Below are positions 23,956-34,364 of a stretch of DNA of 34,364 nucleotides, piece after piece. Within the stretch, counting starts at the first letter, position 1; each line of letters begins with the position of its first letter. The position numbers were made by a program, and so were the translations under genes. The stretch is from Octopus bimaculoides (lineage: Eukaryota): the NCBI RefSeq assembly GCF_001194135.2, contig NC_068997.1:35625008-35659371 (forward strand), given 5' to 3'. Under the pieces are notes generated by a model. The model searched no databases, was not told the origin of the DNA, and saw only the letters and a list, made by a program, of their open reading frames with translations.

Positions 23956-24462
23956 TGTTGTAATCCTCTGACAGACTGTTATCATGCCCACTCTGGTATA
24001 GCAGTATAGTTAGACAAATAAGACACGACTATCTATATTGACTACATGACTGACACTCTTGACATCACAGTATTTATAATGACTAGTAAAAGCACGTGGC
24101 TTAAAGATTAGGGCATTTGGCAAATGATCATAAGATCATGAGTTCAATTCCTGGCAATGTGTTGTGTCCTTGAACAAGACACTTCATTTCACATTGCTTC
24201 AGATCACTCAGCTGGCAAAAATGAGTAGTATTTCAAAGGGCCAGCCTTGTCACACTGAATCTCCCCGAGAACTACATTAAGGGTACACGTGTCTGTGGAG
24301 TGCTCAGCTACTTGCACATTAATTTTACAAGCAGGCTGTTCTGTTGATCAGATCAACCGGAACCCTCGTCGTCATAACTGATGGAGTGCCACATATAATG
24401 ACTAACACATACCACTTGTCACGTGGGAGGGGTGTTCCATTATTACCATTATCCCCATAACA
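23956..24462 (-). repeat. 3' LTR (contains the SINE)
   Basis: Aligns to 28539-28737 with about 16 substitutions and 2 indels (manual count). Confidence 0.93.
24086..24393 (+). mobile_element. tRNA-derived CORE-like SINE inserted in the 3' LTR
   Basis: 11-bp TSD TATAATGACTA (24075-24085 and 24394-24404); B-box-like gagttcaattcc; CORE-like gtgtccttgaacaagacactt. Confidence 0.85.
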
Positions 24463-24474
24463 TTTCCCCTTTTA
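24463..24474 (-). promoter_or_regulatory. Polypurine tract of the Gypsy element
   Basis: Minus-strand aaaaggggaaa directly precedes the TG of the 3' LTR. Confidence 0.8.
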
Positions 24475-27400
24475 AGTTTTCTTTTTTTCTTAGGGAGTGT
24501 AATTTTATTTCTTTTTATTAACAATAATTTTTACATCTCTCCACCTTCCTTTTTTGAGTTATTTTTTCATACATTTACACATTTAATATTTTTCCATTTG
24601 GCATCCACTTCCAGGAACTCTGTACATTTTCTTTTTCTTTCACTTGTGCATCTGGGTTCAATTAGTTGTGTTGGTACTTGAAAAGTATCATATAACCATT
24701 CTGTTGGTTCTTCCTCTCTCTTGGGTTCGCTCTCAATGAATATTTTTTTCAGTTGGTTCATGTGTCTTTTGCATACTTCTTTTCTTCTTTTACCAAGTAT
24801 AGCATTTTTCCTATGTGTTTGGTAATCACATCATCTTCTCAACTTTATTTTCCCTTCTTACATGTCCTAACAAATACATTTTCACCAATTTTAAAATATC
24901 TTGCTGTATTATCCATTGCAATTTTTCTTTTCTTACTAGGTAGCAATTTGTTGAAGACTGATTTTATTTTCCTCAAACATCAGCTCCACTGATGACATAC
25001 CTGCTGGTGCATGTGGATTTGGTGCCACATGGTATACTCTTAAGAATTGTTGTAGAGCTACCTCATCTGTGACTCTCTTAGAGCTCTCTTGAATGTATTG
25101 ACAAAGCGTTCTGCTTGTCCGTTAGATCTGGGATGGTATGGCGCAGTAGTTACATGTTCCACAGTGAATGTTTTACAAAACTTTCGAAACTCAAAAGACA
25201 CAAATTGTGTTCCACTGTTAGATACTATCATGTTTGGGATACCAAATCTTGCAATTAGCTCATATAGAAAGTTTGTCACAGTTGAGGAGGTTGGCTTCTT
25301 TACACTTAAAAATTTCTGGCCAATTTAGAGAAACTATCTACTGCCACTAAGTAGTACGAATTGTTTAAGAGACCAGTGTAATTGATGTGTAGTCTTGACC
25401 ACAGAACATCTACTTTTGGCCAAGGTTCACTCTTTATCATTGGTAATTTTTTCTGCTAGGGCACATCCTCCACAGTCTTTCACTAAATTTTTGATTTGTT
25501 TATCCATTTTTGGCTAGTACACATAGCTTTGCATTAAAGTTTTCATCCTCAGGATGTCCAACATGGAATTCCCTCAACATTTTCTTTTGCAATGTTCCAG
25601 GTATTACTACTCTGTGCATACACTGGTACGCCATCACAAATCGAGTATAGGTTCATGTCTTGGTTTTGTTTCACACCAACCTTGTTCCTATTTACTTTTC
25701 CTGTTCACAGTATTCTTTTCATTTCTGTTATGAATTTGTCATTTTCCACATTTTGTTTTGTCTTCAAGCGTCCCCATTAATTTGTGTACCACATTCCACA
25801 TTACATTATTTATTTCTCTTTTTGATCTTAATGCTGCGATTACTGTATCTTCAAATGGTTTGAAGTGTTTCGATATTAGTCTGGACAACCCATCCACATG
25901 CCCTAGTTTTTTTTTGACAGTAAATATTCCATTTTGTAATTATAATTCAATAACACACTGTGTGTGTTGGTATTCCTCTTTTAGAACCGTATATTGACAG
26001 TTGTAGGTTATGATCCATTTGTTGACAAAAACTTCTTCATGAATAAATCTATGGAATTTTTTTCACACCGAATATGATTGCTAACACTTCCTTTTCTATT
26101 TGACTACAGTTCCTCTCTGCTGGTAATAATGATCGTGATGCATGGGCTATAGTCTTTTTACCCCCATTGTCATATTTGTGCAGGAGTACTGCTCCTACAC
26201 TGTAATCAATTGCATCTATGGCCAATATAATATCCAACTTTGGATCAAAATGCATTAAAGGTAAGTTCAATGCTAAAATGTTTTTTAATTTGTCAAATGC
26301 CTACTAGCACTTATCAGTCCAGCACCATTTTGCATTTTTCTTTAACAAATCATTTAGTGGAACCCTTACATTGTGTATATTGGGAATGTAAATTTGGTAG
26401 TAATTTACTAAACCCAAGAATGCTTGTAGCATAGTCACATTATTCAGCCTGGACATATTTTTTATTGCAGTTGTTCTGGCTGAATCTGGTTTCCATCCAT
26501 TTTATCTATTATCTGGCCCAAGTATTTAATTTTTTTCAGAAAGAACTCGCATTTTACTTCACTTAACTTAAAACCATTTTCTCTAATCTTTTCAAATACC
26601 CTCTTTATGTGTTCTACATGTTGTTCATGTAATTTGCTTTTAATTAGGATATCGTCTAAATAGGTAATAGCAAAATCACAGTCATCCAGCATTGTATCTA
26701 TAACTTGCTGAAATATGGAAGGAGCCACTTAAATTTAAATAAGTCACCGTGTGTATTAATGGTTAATAAGTGTGAGCATTCTTCTACTTGGATTTGTAGA
26801 TATGCCTCCAAGAGGTCTAATTTTGAGAAGAATTTCCTTCCATTTAATTTTGTGAACACTTCCTGAGGACTCAGCAATGGGTAGTTAAGTGAGATTAAGC
26901 AATCATTCAAACCCATTGAAAAATCTGCACAAACTCTTAACTTATTAGTTTCCTTTTTTATGTAGACCGTAGGTGCTGCCTAGTCTCAGTTATTCCTAGG
27001 CTTTCAAGTCTTTCAAGTTCCTTATTTACCTGTTTTAGCACCGTGAATGGTACATTCTGTTTTGGCTTAAATACAGGTGTTGCATTTTGTTTTACTACAA
27101 TTTGTACCTTTGTTTTCATGCAGTAGCCCAGTTCATCCGAGAAAATATCTGGAAATAAATGTTATATTTTTCATTTCAATCTCTCAGCTGCATTTGAACC
27201 CTCAACCGAACCAACTATATACACACACAAAACACTTATGGGCATATTCCATAATTCGAATAGTTCCATCCACTGTGTGCCGAATAGATTAACTGAATTT
27301 TTTAACACACATACTTTTTGCTATTTTCATTTGGTCACAATTTTTTATCCATACACCATGTGCTACTTTTGTAGATTTACTTAATTTTGGCTTACCAATA

Positions 27401-28525
27401 TACTTCCAAGTTTCCTCATTCACAGTGGTAATATCACTTTCAGTATCTAACTGTGTTTTTACTCTTATATTTTTAATTTTCACATTAACAAATTTCCTCT
27501 TTGTCACATTACTATTTTCTTTTGACAACATCTTCTTTAAACATTTTTCTTTGTTCCAACATTCTTGGTTTTACAGTGCGTGTTTACATGTCCAATATTG
27601 CCACAATGGAAACATTCTGCTTTCTTAAACGGGCAGTTTTTTCTCAAGTGTAGACCTCCACATGCAAAATATGGGTTTGTCTCCTGATTTTTGACCTGTT
27701 TGTTCTGTATTTTAGTACACACTTGATTTCTATTCTGCTTGTTTTGTATTTTCAAATGCACTTGCTTCACTTGGGAGCAATCTTTATGTTCAATTTTGTT
27801 TGTGTTGTGTCTTAAATTTACAATTCTTTCACACTCTTCTGACATTTGTTGTAAGGTTACAGCTTGGCTTTGTTCCATGTTAGCGAGAATTTTTGTTGTT
27901 ACTTCTGTTTTTTTCTGCAGTTAGACCCTGAGTAAACATCAGGTGTTAACTTATCCAATGTGAACTTTTCCTATTCTCTGTTAACTCTACCAGCATTGTT
28001 CTTTTCTAGGTTCAGATATTTTCAGCATGTATTGAGCTAAAACTTTTACATAGTATGTCTATTTTAAAATTTATAACAAGGGTTTTTTGGGAGTACATAA
28101 TTGCTGTAACACTCATGTTCTCCTGCTGCCAGTTTTCTTAAGATTGAACATGGTTTCATATTGTCGTCTCAATCTTTGCTCTCGTTATTAAAGATCTGTT
28201 CATATCTTCTATAGTACACCTCGACGGTAATTCCTTTGTCTGGTCCATATTTAAATTCTGTTATTGAGTTTGCAACATAATCTGGCTAGAACATATTTTC
28301 AGCATTTTTAGATGACTTATCATTCATTAATTGTAGCACTAACTGCTGTAATAGTAATTGTTGTTGTTGCTGTTTTGCAACTCATGCAAACCAGCCAACA
28401 ATTCTTCCATAATTTTACAATTTTGTATACTGTAAAATTTGCACAAAAACTTTTGTGAGTTTTGTTACTCCTTGTGAGTTTGTTTAATCCTCATGAGTTT
28501 GTTTAATCCTCATGAGTTTGTTAAT

Positions 28526-28537
28526 TCCTCGTCGACA
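28526..28537 (-). promoter_or_regulatory. Primer-binding site, probably tRNA-Ser(GCT)
   Basis: TGTCGACGAGGA lies 1 nt from the 5' LTR and matches 11/12 of TGGCGACGAGGA, the complement of the tRNA-Ser(GCU) 3' end UCCUCGUCGCCA (from recall). Confidence 0.75.
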
Positions 28538-28538
28538 C

Positions 28539-28737
28539 TGTTGTAATCCTCTGTCAGACTGTTATCAGGCCCACTCTGGTATAGCAGTATAGTTAGTTAG
28601 ACAAGTAAGATACGACTATCTATATTCACTACACAACTAACACGCTTGACTTCCTTCATCACAGTATTTGTAATGACTAGCACATACCACTTCTCACATG
28701 GGAGGGCTGTTCCATTATTACAATTATCCTCATAACA
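28539..28737 (-). repeat. 5' LTR, 199 bp
   Basis: TGTTATG...TACAACA on the minus strand, adjacent to the PBS. Confidence 0.93.
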
Positions 28738-29257
28738 ATGCTCAACATACATACATATATATATAATCTCTATATATATAGATGTGGGATGAAAGCATGT
28801 GTATAAGTAAAAATTTATTACCAGTTAAAATAAACTTGAAGCATATTTAACGTGTAAGAAAGTGTGTTTTCATGGAGAAAGATTTTCTTGCAGTAGACAG
28901 ATAAGTGTAAAGACACTGAAAGCCAGTTCACAATTCCCCCTAATCAGATTGGCAAATGCATGCATTTTGGAGTGGTTAGCTCCTCTTCAGGGGATGCATA
29001 TGCTGATACACACGCACACATACACACATATATATATATACATACATACAGCAATAAGAAAATTGAGGGGATCAAGAGGTGGTATTCATCAACTTTTAGA
29101 CATTATATTATGTCTATTTATTTATCTTTTAAAAAAACAATTATAACAATATACATACATGTATAACATATTATGCTTTAGATATATAATATATAAAATA
29201 TAAAAATACCAGCAATTATTAAAATATATAACATAGACCATAGAAAGTAGAATAATA

Positions 29258-29380
29258 TCTTACAGCTGTTTCAGCTAAGAGGCCAAAGTACCCCACTTTA
29301 ATTCCATCCCTTCAGTGAACTGAAGTATTTGGTAGATAAGATTAAGGTACTTTGGGTGTGCCTCTGGGCTTTGTCAGAGA
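29258..29380 (-). ncRNA. Type I hammerhead ribozyme fold with long stem II and a G8A core substitution
   Basis: Minus strand: UCU-CUGACAA-[AGC...~98-nt hairpin...GCU]-GAAAC-AGCU-GUA^AGA. Stem I is UCU/AGA; stem III is AC/GU around the palindrome AGCU; predicted cleavage between 29261 and 29260. Confidence 0.7.
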
Positions 29381-29639
29381 GTTTAGAAACTTCATAAGGT
29401 TAAGTTATAAATATAAATACATACATATATACACACTTTTACATATACATAAATACATATCTATACATGTATATGTATATGCATACAAAGGAATCAATTA
29501 TTGTTATTATTGGGTGTATTATATTATTCTTATTAGATAAAGTATAAACAGAGGAAAGAAAACATTATCAAAAGAGAAATAATAGTGGAATATATCTTAA
29601 GATTATTGTAGTTATGTAGGAATGAAAAGGTATATAAAT

Positions 29640-29803
29640 GAGGGACACATATATATATACATATATACACACACAAACACACATATATATATATTTACAT
29701 ACAAACATACCCATAGGTACATACATATTTCATGTGTTGAGAAGAGAGGATTACTGTAGTAGTTCGTATTTTTCTTTTTATATAATTATAATAATTATGC
29801 ACA

Positions 29804-29878
<75 letters not shown>

Positions 29879-29880
29879 AC
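29640..29880. repeat. AT/AC microsatellites including a long perfect (AT)n
   Basis: Seen directly. Confidence 0.9.
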
Positions 29881-31119
29881 ATGCGATGTTTTCAATTGAG
29901 GGCTTGAGGTAACAGTCCACAATAAGTGGGTTAGAGTTTATATTAATACCTGTGATATTAGTTGGTACTAAAAGTAATAGATTTCTGGGTACTAATCAAA
30001 ATACTTTATTATTTTCCGTTACTTTTGTTTATCGAGTAGCTGAAATCCTGCGGGTAGTGGGGAGGGGGTTATGGTCAGTCCCGTAATCTATTTGGTCATC
30101 TATTGTTTTGAAAGGACATGACTTTGTTATGGTTGGTTAATGGATAACCGATAACATAAACAACAAATTAGGCAAATATATATATAAAATATATATAAAT
30201 AAAAAACAAAACAGAAATAATCCAAGGTTAACTATTAGTAGGTAGGATAGTAAAAGTCAATAAAGAAATTAATATAGGGACTTGACTCTATTATATTGTA
30301 TTAAATTAAATTATTTTAAATTATGCAATATATAAGAAAAATGTGGATGAATAGATATATATATATTAGTATTTTAGGTTAAAGTGATATTACTAATTTA
30401 TTAAAAAACTGTATATGTATTTGTTTAATTAGGGGAATCATTTGTATATTTACTAAATCATACGGGTAATATAGGATTAAAATTATATGTTGGAAGTTGT
30501 TTGGACCAAATTCAAATAAGGGACAAAAGACCAAAAGTGACAGTACAAGTTGCTTCATTAAGTTGTTATTTATCGTAAAAATTATGCTTAAAATTTATTC
30601 TCCGATAAAATGCATTAATTGTAATTCTCCATGCAACAGTGTTTAGTTAGTAAATTAATGAACCAACTCAATATATGTCCTTATGTATCCTCTTTTGTAT
30701 ATATATACCTAATAATTACTAAATTGTTGTTATTTATTGCTAAAATTATGTTTAAAATCTATTTTATCTGACAAAATGCCTCAAATGCAAGGCTCTATGT
30801 AATAGTATTGAGTCACTTAATTAATAAACCCATCAGTCATTCAGTCCTTTAAAATATTTATCCATTTATTTATTCAGTTAATTAGTTTTAATGTTATATT
30901 TAAGAGGTGTGGTGGTAGTGGTGGTGGTGGGGTTTTTAAGCTATAAATAGAATGAAGGGAGGTAACTCTGGTTTATTGAGGTCTATAATTATAATAAATC
31001 CTCAAAAATTTAGGTCCATTATTTAAAATCAATCAGTCAACTTATCAATCAGCTAATTAATTAATTAATTAATCAATCAATTTATTAGTTCTGTAATGGG
31101 GTTGCATATCAGTGTCTTT

Positions 31120-31150
31120 ATCCATATACACACACATGCACATACAATAT

Positions 31151-31203
<53 letters not shown>

Positions 31204-31390
31204 AAGTGCGTGCACAAAGATACATATATACACACCTACCTAAACCTACATATATGCGTATGCATACATAAATATATGTATACACAAGTGCGTGCACAAA
31301 GATACATAAATACACACATATCCACATATATTAATACAAAAGTAGCAACAATAGTAATATATACTCACACATACATACATGTATATAATT
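31120..31390. repeat. (AT)n/(AC)n compound microsatellite
   Basis: Seen directly. Confidence 0.9.
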
Positions 31391-31535
31391 ATAGCTAACT
31401 TAATATATACCCTCTTTTATATATATACCTGCATAATTATCACATTATATAATACATTACAGTATAACAACAATAATAACTCGAACAATAATCATTATTA
31501 TTATTATGTCAGTAGGGGTATTTTAAAACTAGTTT

Positions 31536-32311
31536 CTAATGGTATTTGGTAAAGGTATGCCCAATTTTATGAAGACAGGAAACATTGCATTCCTTAAAGC
31601 TGTTAATAAGTGGAATTTTAGTCCCAATTATAAAGAAAAATTCCGTTAATACATAACATACATTTTCTATTTTTAGTATTATATGCAGGTGCTGTTGTTA
31701 ATATTTTCCAATTTAAATTATAGTTAATTCCCCCCATCCTTAAGTTCCCATATATAGCTACTTAACCCTGTAGAATTTCTATTTCTGTTTCTAAATGTAT
31801 AGTTATGATAATTAAGTCTCTGTTTCATATTGTTTTTTGCTGCACCCACATATACCTTGCTGTCATATTGTTTACTTACTATAACTATACATTGATAGAA
31901 AACTCTACATTAAGATATATAAGTAACCATCCCTCGCAAAAAAAAAGCCCTGCTACTAAATATAAGTAAAAGAATTTCAAACTTCTCTAATGAAGAGATA
32001 TTTAATAAACATAAGGAAAAATACAATATAGTATAACTCCTTTCTAATGCAGTTATTATTAAATACACAATTATTACTTATTCTACAATCACATGTTCTG
32101 TGTGGCTGTGTAGGGTTTATGTTAGTGGGGTTGACAGTTATTACATTAGTTCTGTGGCTATTGTTGATCCCAATAATGTTATTATTGTTTATACTATTGT
32201 GATCATTAATGCTAGTATTATTACTATTATTTACATTTCCATTGTTGCTGTTATTAATATTATTATTGTTGTTGTTGTTATTATTATTGTTATCACTAAC
32301 CATGCCATTTC

Positions 32312-32342
<31 letters not shown>

Positions 32343-32801
32343 TATGTTTGTATTACTTCTGTTAATTTTTCTATTTAGACAGAAGGTGTCTAGTTTTCTA
32401 TTGTTAATTGAGGAAATGTTGGTAGCTAGATTATGTGTTAGACTGTATCCTATTCTTATTGTTTTGTTATTATTTCCCAAGATTTTTTTTTTTTTTTTCA
32501 TTTGTAAAATGTTTGTTAATTAAACTAAAAATTGTTTTTACTATGTTATTCTTGATTTGCATAGCGAAAGGGATTATTAGCTATATAGTATCTATTTCGT
32601 TATTTCCCTTATTAGGGTTACTTATATTATGTGTAAATTCTCTGTTATTATTCATATTTTTATTTTTATATTTAATAATACTATTTTTGTTATAATTTTT
32701 CCTATTATTAGTAATGATTTTATTATTGTTATTATTATTGTTGTTGTTGTTATGTCCATTATTATTTTTTATGGGTTGTCTTATCGTATTTTTAATATTT
32801 C

Positions 32802-32850
<49 letters not shown>

Positions 32851-33118
32851 TTATCTTTGATAGTGTTATATTTGTCTAAATTTTGTGGGTTGGGGGTAGT
32901 TACTTTATCCTGGCTATTATAGTTAATATTATTGGGTAGGTATTTAATTTTACCTTTATATCCTGCATTTTTTAATACTATATTGTATTTTTCCTTATGT
33001 TTATTAAATATCTCTTCATTAGAGGAGAAGTTTGAAATTCTTTTACTTATATTTAGTAGTAGGGCTTTTTTTTATTTGCGAGGGATGGTTACTTATATAT
33101 CTTAATGTAGAGTTTTCT
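31536..33118 (-). mobile_element. Penelope-like element fragment 4 (RT thumb, poly-Asn linkers, GIY-YIG) with an internal inverted duplication; UTR/pseudo-LTR may extend down to about 29200
   Basis: SNEEIFNKHKEKYNIVLKNAGYKGKIKY...poly-N...FAMQIKNNIVKTIFSLINKHF...TIRIGYSLTHNLA...poly-N...CDCRISNNCVFNNNC...GVI|YQC...VYVGAAKNNMKQRLNYHNYTFR...LSSYIWELK...WKIL...KCMLC. Confidence 0.85.
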
Positions 33119-33149
33119 TTTATATAAGGATAATGAAGAGGAAAAACAA

Positions 33150-34311
33150 ATTTATGTGCAGTGAAAAAAAAAACAAAAAAACTTTCAAATGAAGAGTTTA
33201 AACTAATTTACATGGAAAATTAAATACCTCGACAAAAATGAAAAATAATCTTGTTGTGCAAACTTGAGCGAAGATGAAGACTTCACTACTTATACAGGCA
33301 GACTCAACAAAGAATGTGAAAGATTTAGGCTAGATATGCTTACTTCAGATTCATCCAAGTGTTTGATTTTTGCACAAGGATTGACAGATAGAAGGGAAAT
33401 CCGAACAAAAATTCTATCAAAACTGGAAATGAACCAAGAGTATTTCCACATAAGACCAGTGCAGAAAAGCCAGAAGACAATGTGTGGCAGAAAAAACAGA
33501 AAAAATATTGGGATGTAGAGCTAATTTTTTTGAAGTTAGACTTCCCAGGGGCATACCTTCAAATTCAGTTAGAGAAAGAATGTACACATCTACTAACAAT
33601 CAATACACACTGTGGATTGTACAAGTTCAAATGACTGCTGTTTAGAGTAAAAGTGGCACCCGCCATATTCCAACACATAATGGATGTGATGTTAAGTGAT
33701 TCTAACTTCGCTGTTGCATACCTAGATGGCATTCAGATAAAGAGCAAGTCTTGGTTGCAACACAAAGAAAGTATTCGAGAGAATAAGTGAATATGAATTA
33801 AAACTGACAGAAGAAAAATGCAAATCTTTTATGGAAAAAATAAAATACCTAGGTCAAGTAATCGATGAAAGTGGACACTGACCAGACCCATCAAGGGCAA
33901 TGGCAATATGAAATATTCCGCTCCTGACAAATGTGACAATGCTACAAGCATTCCTAGGCTTGGTAAATTATTACCAAGTGTATATACCAAATATACATAA
34001 GGTAAATGGCACCACTTAATGAATTAAAAAAAAGTGCCAAATTGGTTTAGACAGAGAAATGCCAGCAAGCATTTAATGAGTTTAAAGGCGTGTTAACTTC
34101 AGACTTGTATCTTACTCATTTCGACCCATAGTTAGAGATAATACTAGCTATAGATGCTAGCAAGTATGGGATAGGAGCCGTGCTCCTACACAAGAATAAC
34201 GATGGCAGGAGAAAGCTATAACTCACACATCAAGGACATTATTACTGGTGGAAAAGAGCTATAGCCAGATTGAAAAAGCAGCATTGGCTATCATATTTGG
34301 TGTGCAAAAAT
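33150..34311 (+). mobile_element. Second Gypsy (Mag-like) remnant: gag pieces fused to RT and RNase H through deletions
   Basis: EDEDFTTYTGRLNKECERFRL; KLDFPGAYLQIQ...LLTINTHCGLY...APAIFQ...AYLDG; DASKYGIGAVLLH...SYSQIEKAALAIIFGVQK. Confidence 0.88.
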
Positions 34312-34364
34312 CAGTGGCGTGCGGTGACTTCCGGGGTTGGGCATGCAATGAATTTCTCCCCCCC
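34312..34364 (+). mobile_element. Probable terminus (TIR) of a DNA transposon, hAT-like CAGTGGCG start, inserted in the Gypsy RNase H
   Basis: Abrupt switch from RNase H coding sequence to CpG-rich cagtggcgtgcggtgac. The other end is outside the window. Confidence 0.5.

Larger units (their letters stand above)
23956..28737 (-). mobile_element. Full-length decayed Ty3/Gypsy LTR retrotransposon, Mag-like
   Basis: LTRs TG...CA at 28539-28737 (5') and 23956-24462 (3', SINE-interrupted); 5-bp TSD ATGTT/ATGCT. gag about 27540-28410 with two zinc knuckles; protease LDTESD; RT KLDLLEAYLQI...YLDD; RNase H DAIDYSVGAVL; integrase GIPNMIVSNSGTQF...HPRSNGQAER. Confidence 0.95.

Noticed and set aside
29638-31398. 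ORFs with YIYIYI/HTHT runs (also 2087-2416 and 10413-10864)
   Set aside because: Translations of dinucleotide microsatellites.
32100-32922. Plus-strand ORFs rich in poly-Leu/Ile/Val that look like membrane proteins
   Set aside because: They are antisense translations of (AAT)n tracts in the PLE.

Overview
This is eukaryotic, AT-rich, repeat-saturated DNA. There are no prokaryotic genes, CRISPR arrays, rRNAs or tRNA genes. The repeat families (RTE LINEs with (GAT)n tails, tRNA-derived SINEs, dense AT/AC microsatellites) resemble coleoid cephalopod (octopus-type) DNA; this is recognition from memory, not a database result. One convincing host coding exon is present: 7352-7512, minus strand, class I SAM methyltransferase motif VVDVGAGLGHLSRLL, METTL25B/RRNAD1-like. 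A possible 28-nt microexon follows at 1560-1587, so most of the window is probably intron. The rest is mobile DNA: about nine RTE LINE pieces, four distinct Penelope-like (PLE, GIY-YIG) fragments (three with inversions), a full-length decayed Gypsy (Mag-like) element with both LTRs, PBS, PPT and TSD, a second deleted Gypsy, three mariner fossils, a Merlin transposase fossil, SINEs, a MITE with perfect 52-bp TIRs and Helitron-like elements. The most unusual signal is a near-intact type I hammerhead ribozyme fold at 29258-29380 (minus strand) with a ~98-nt hairpin as stem II and one core substitution (G8A). Coordinates of decayed elements are by-eye approximations, and identities were estimated manually.
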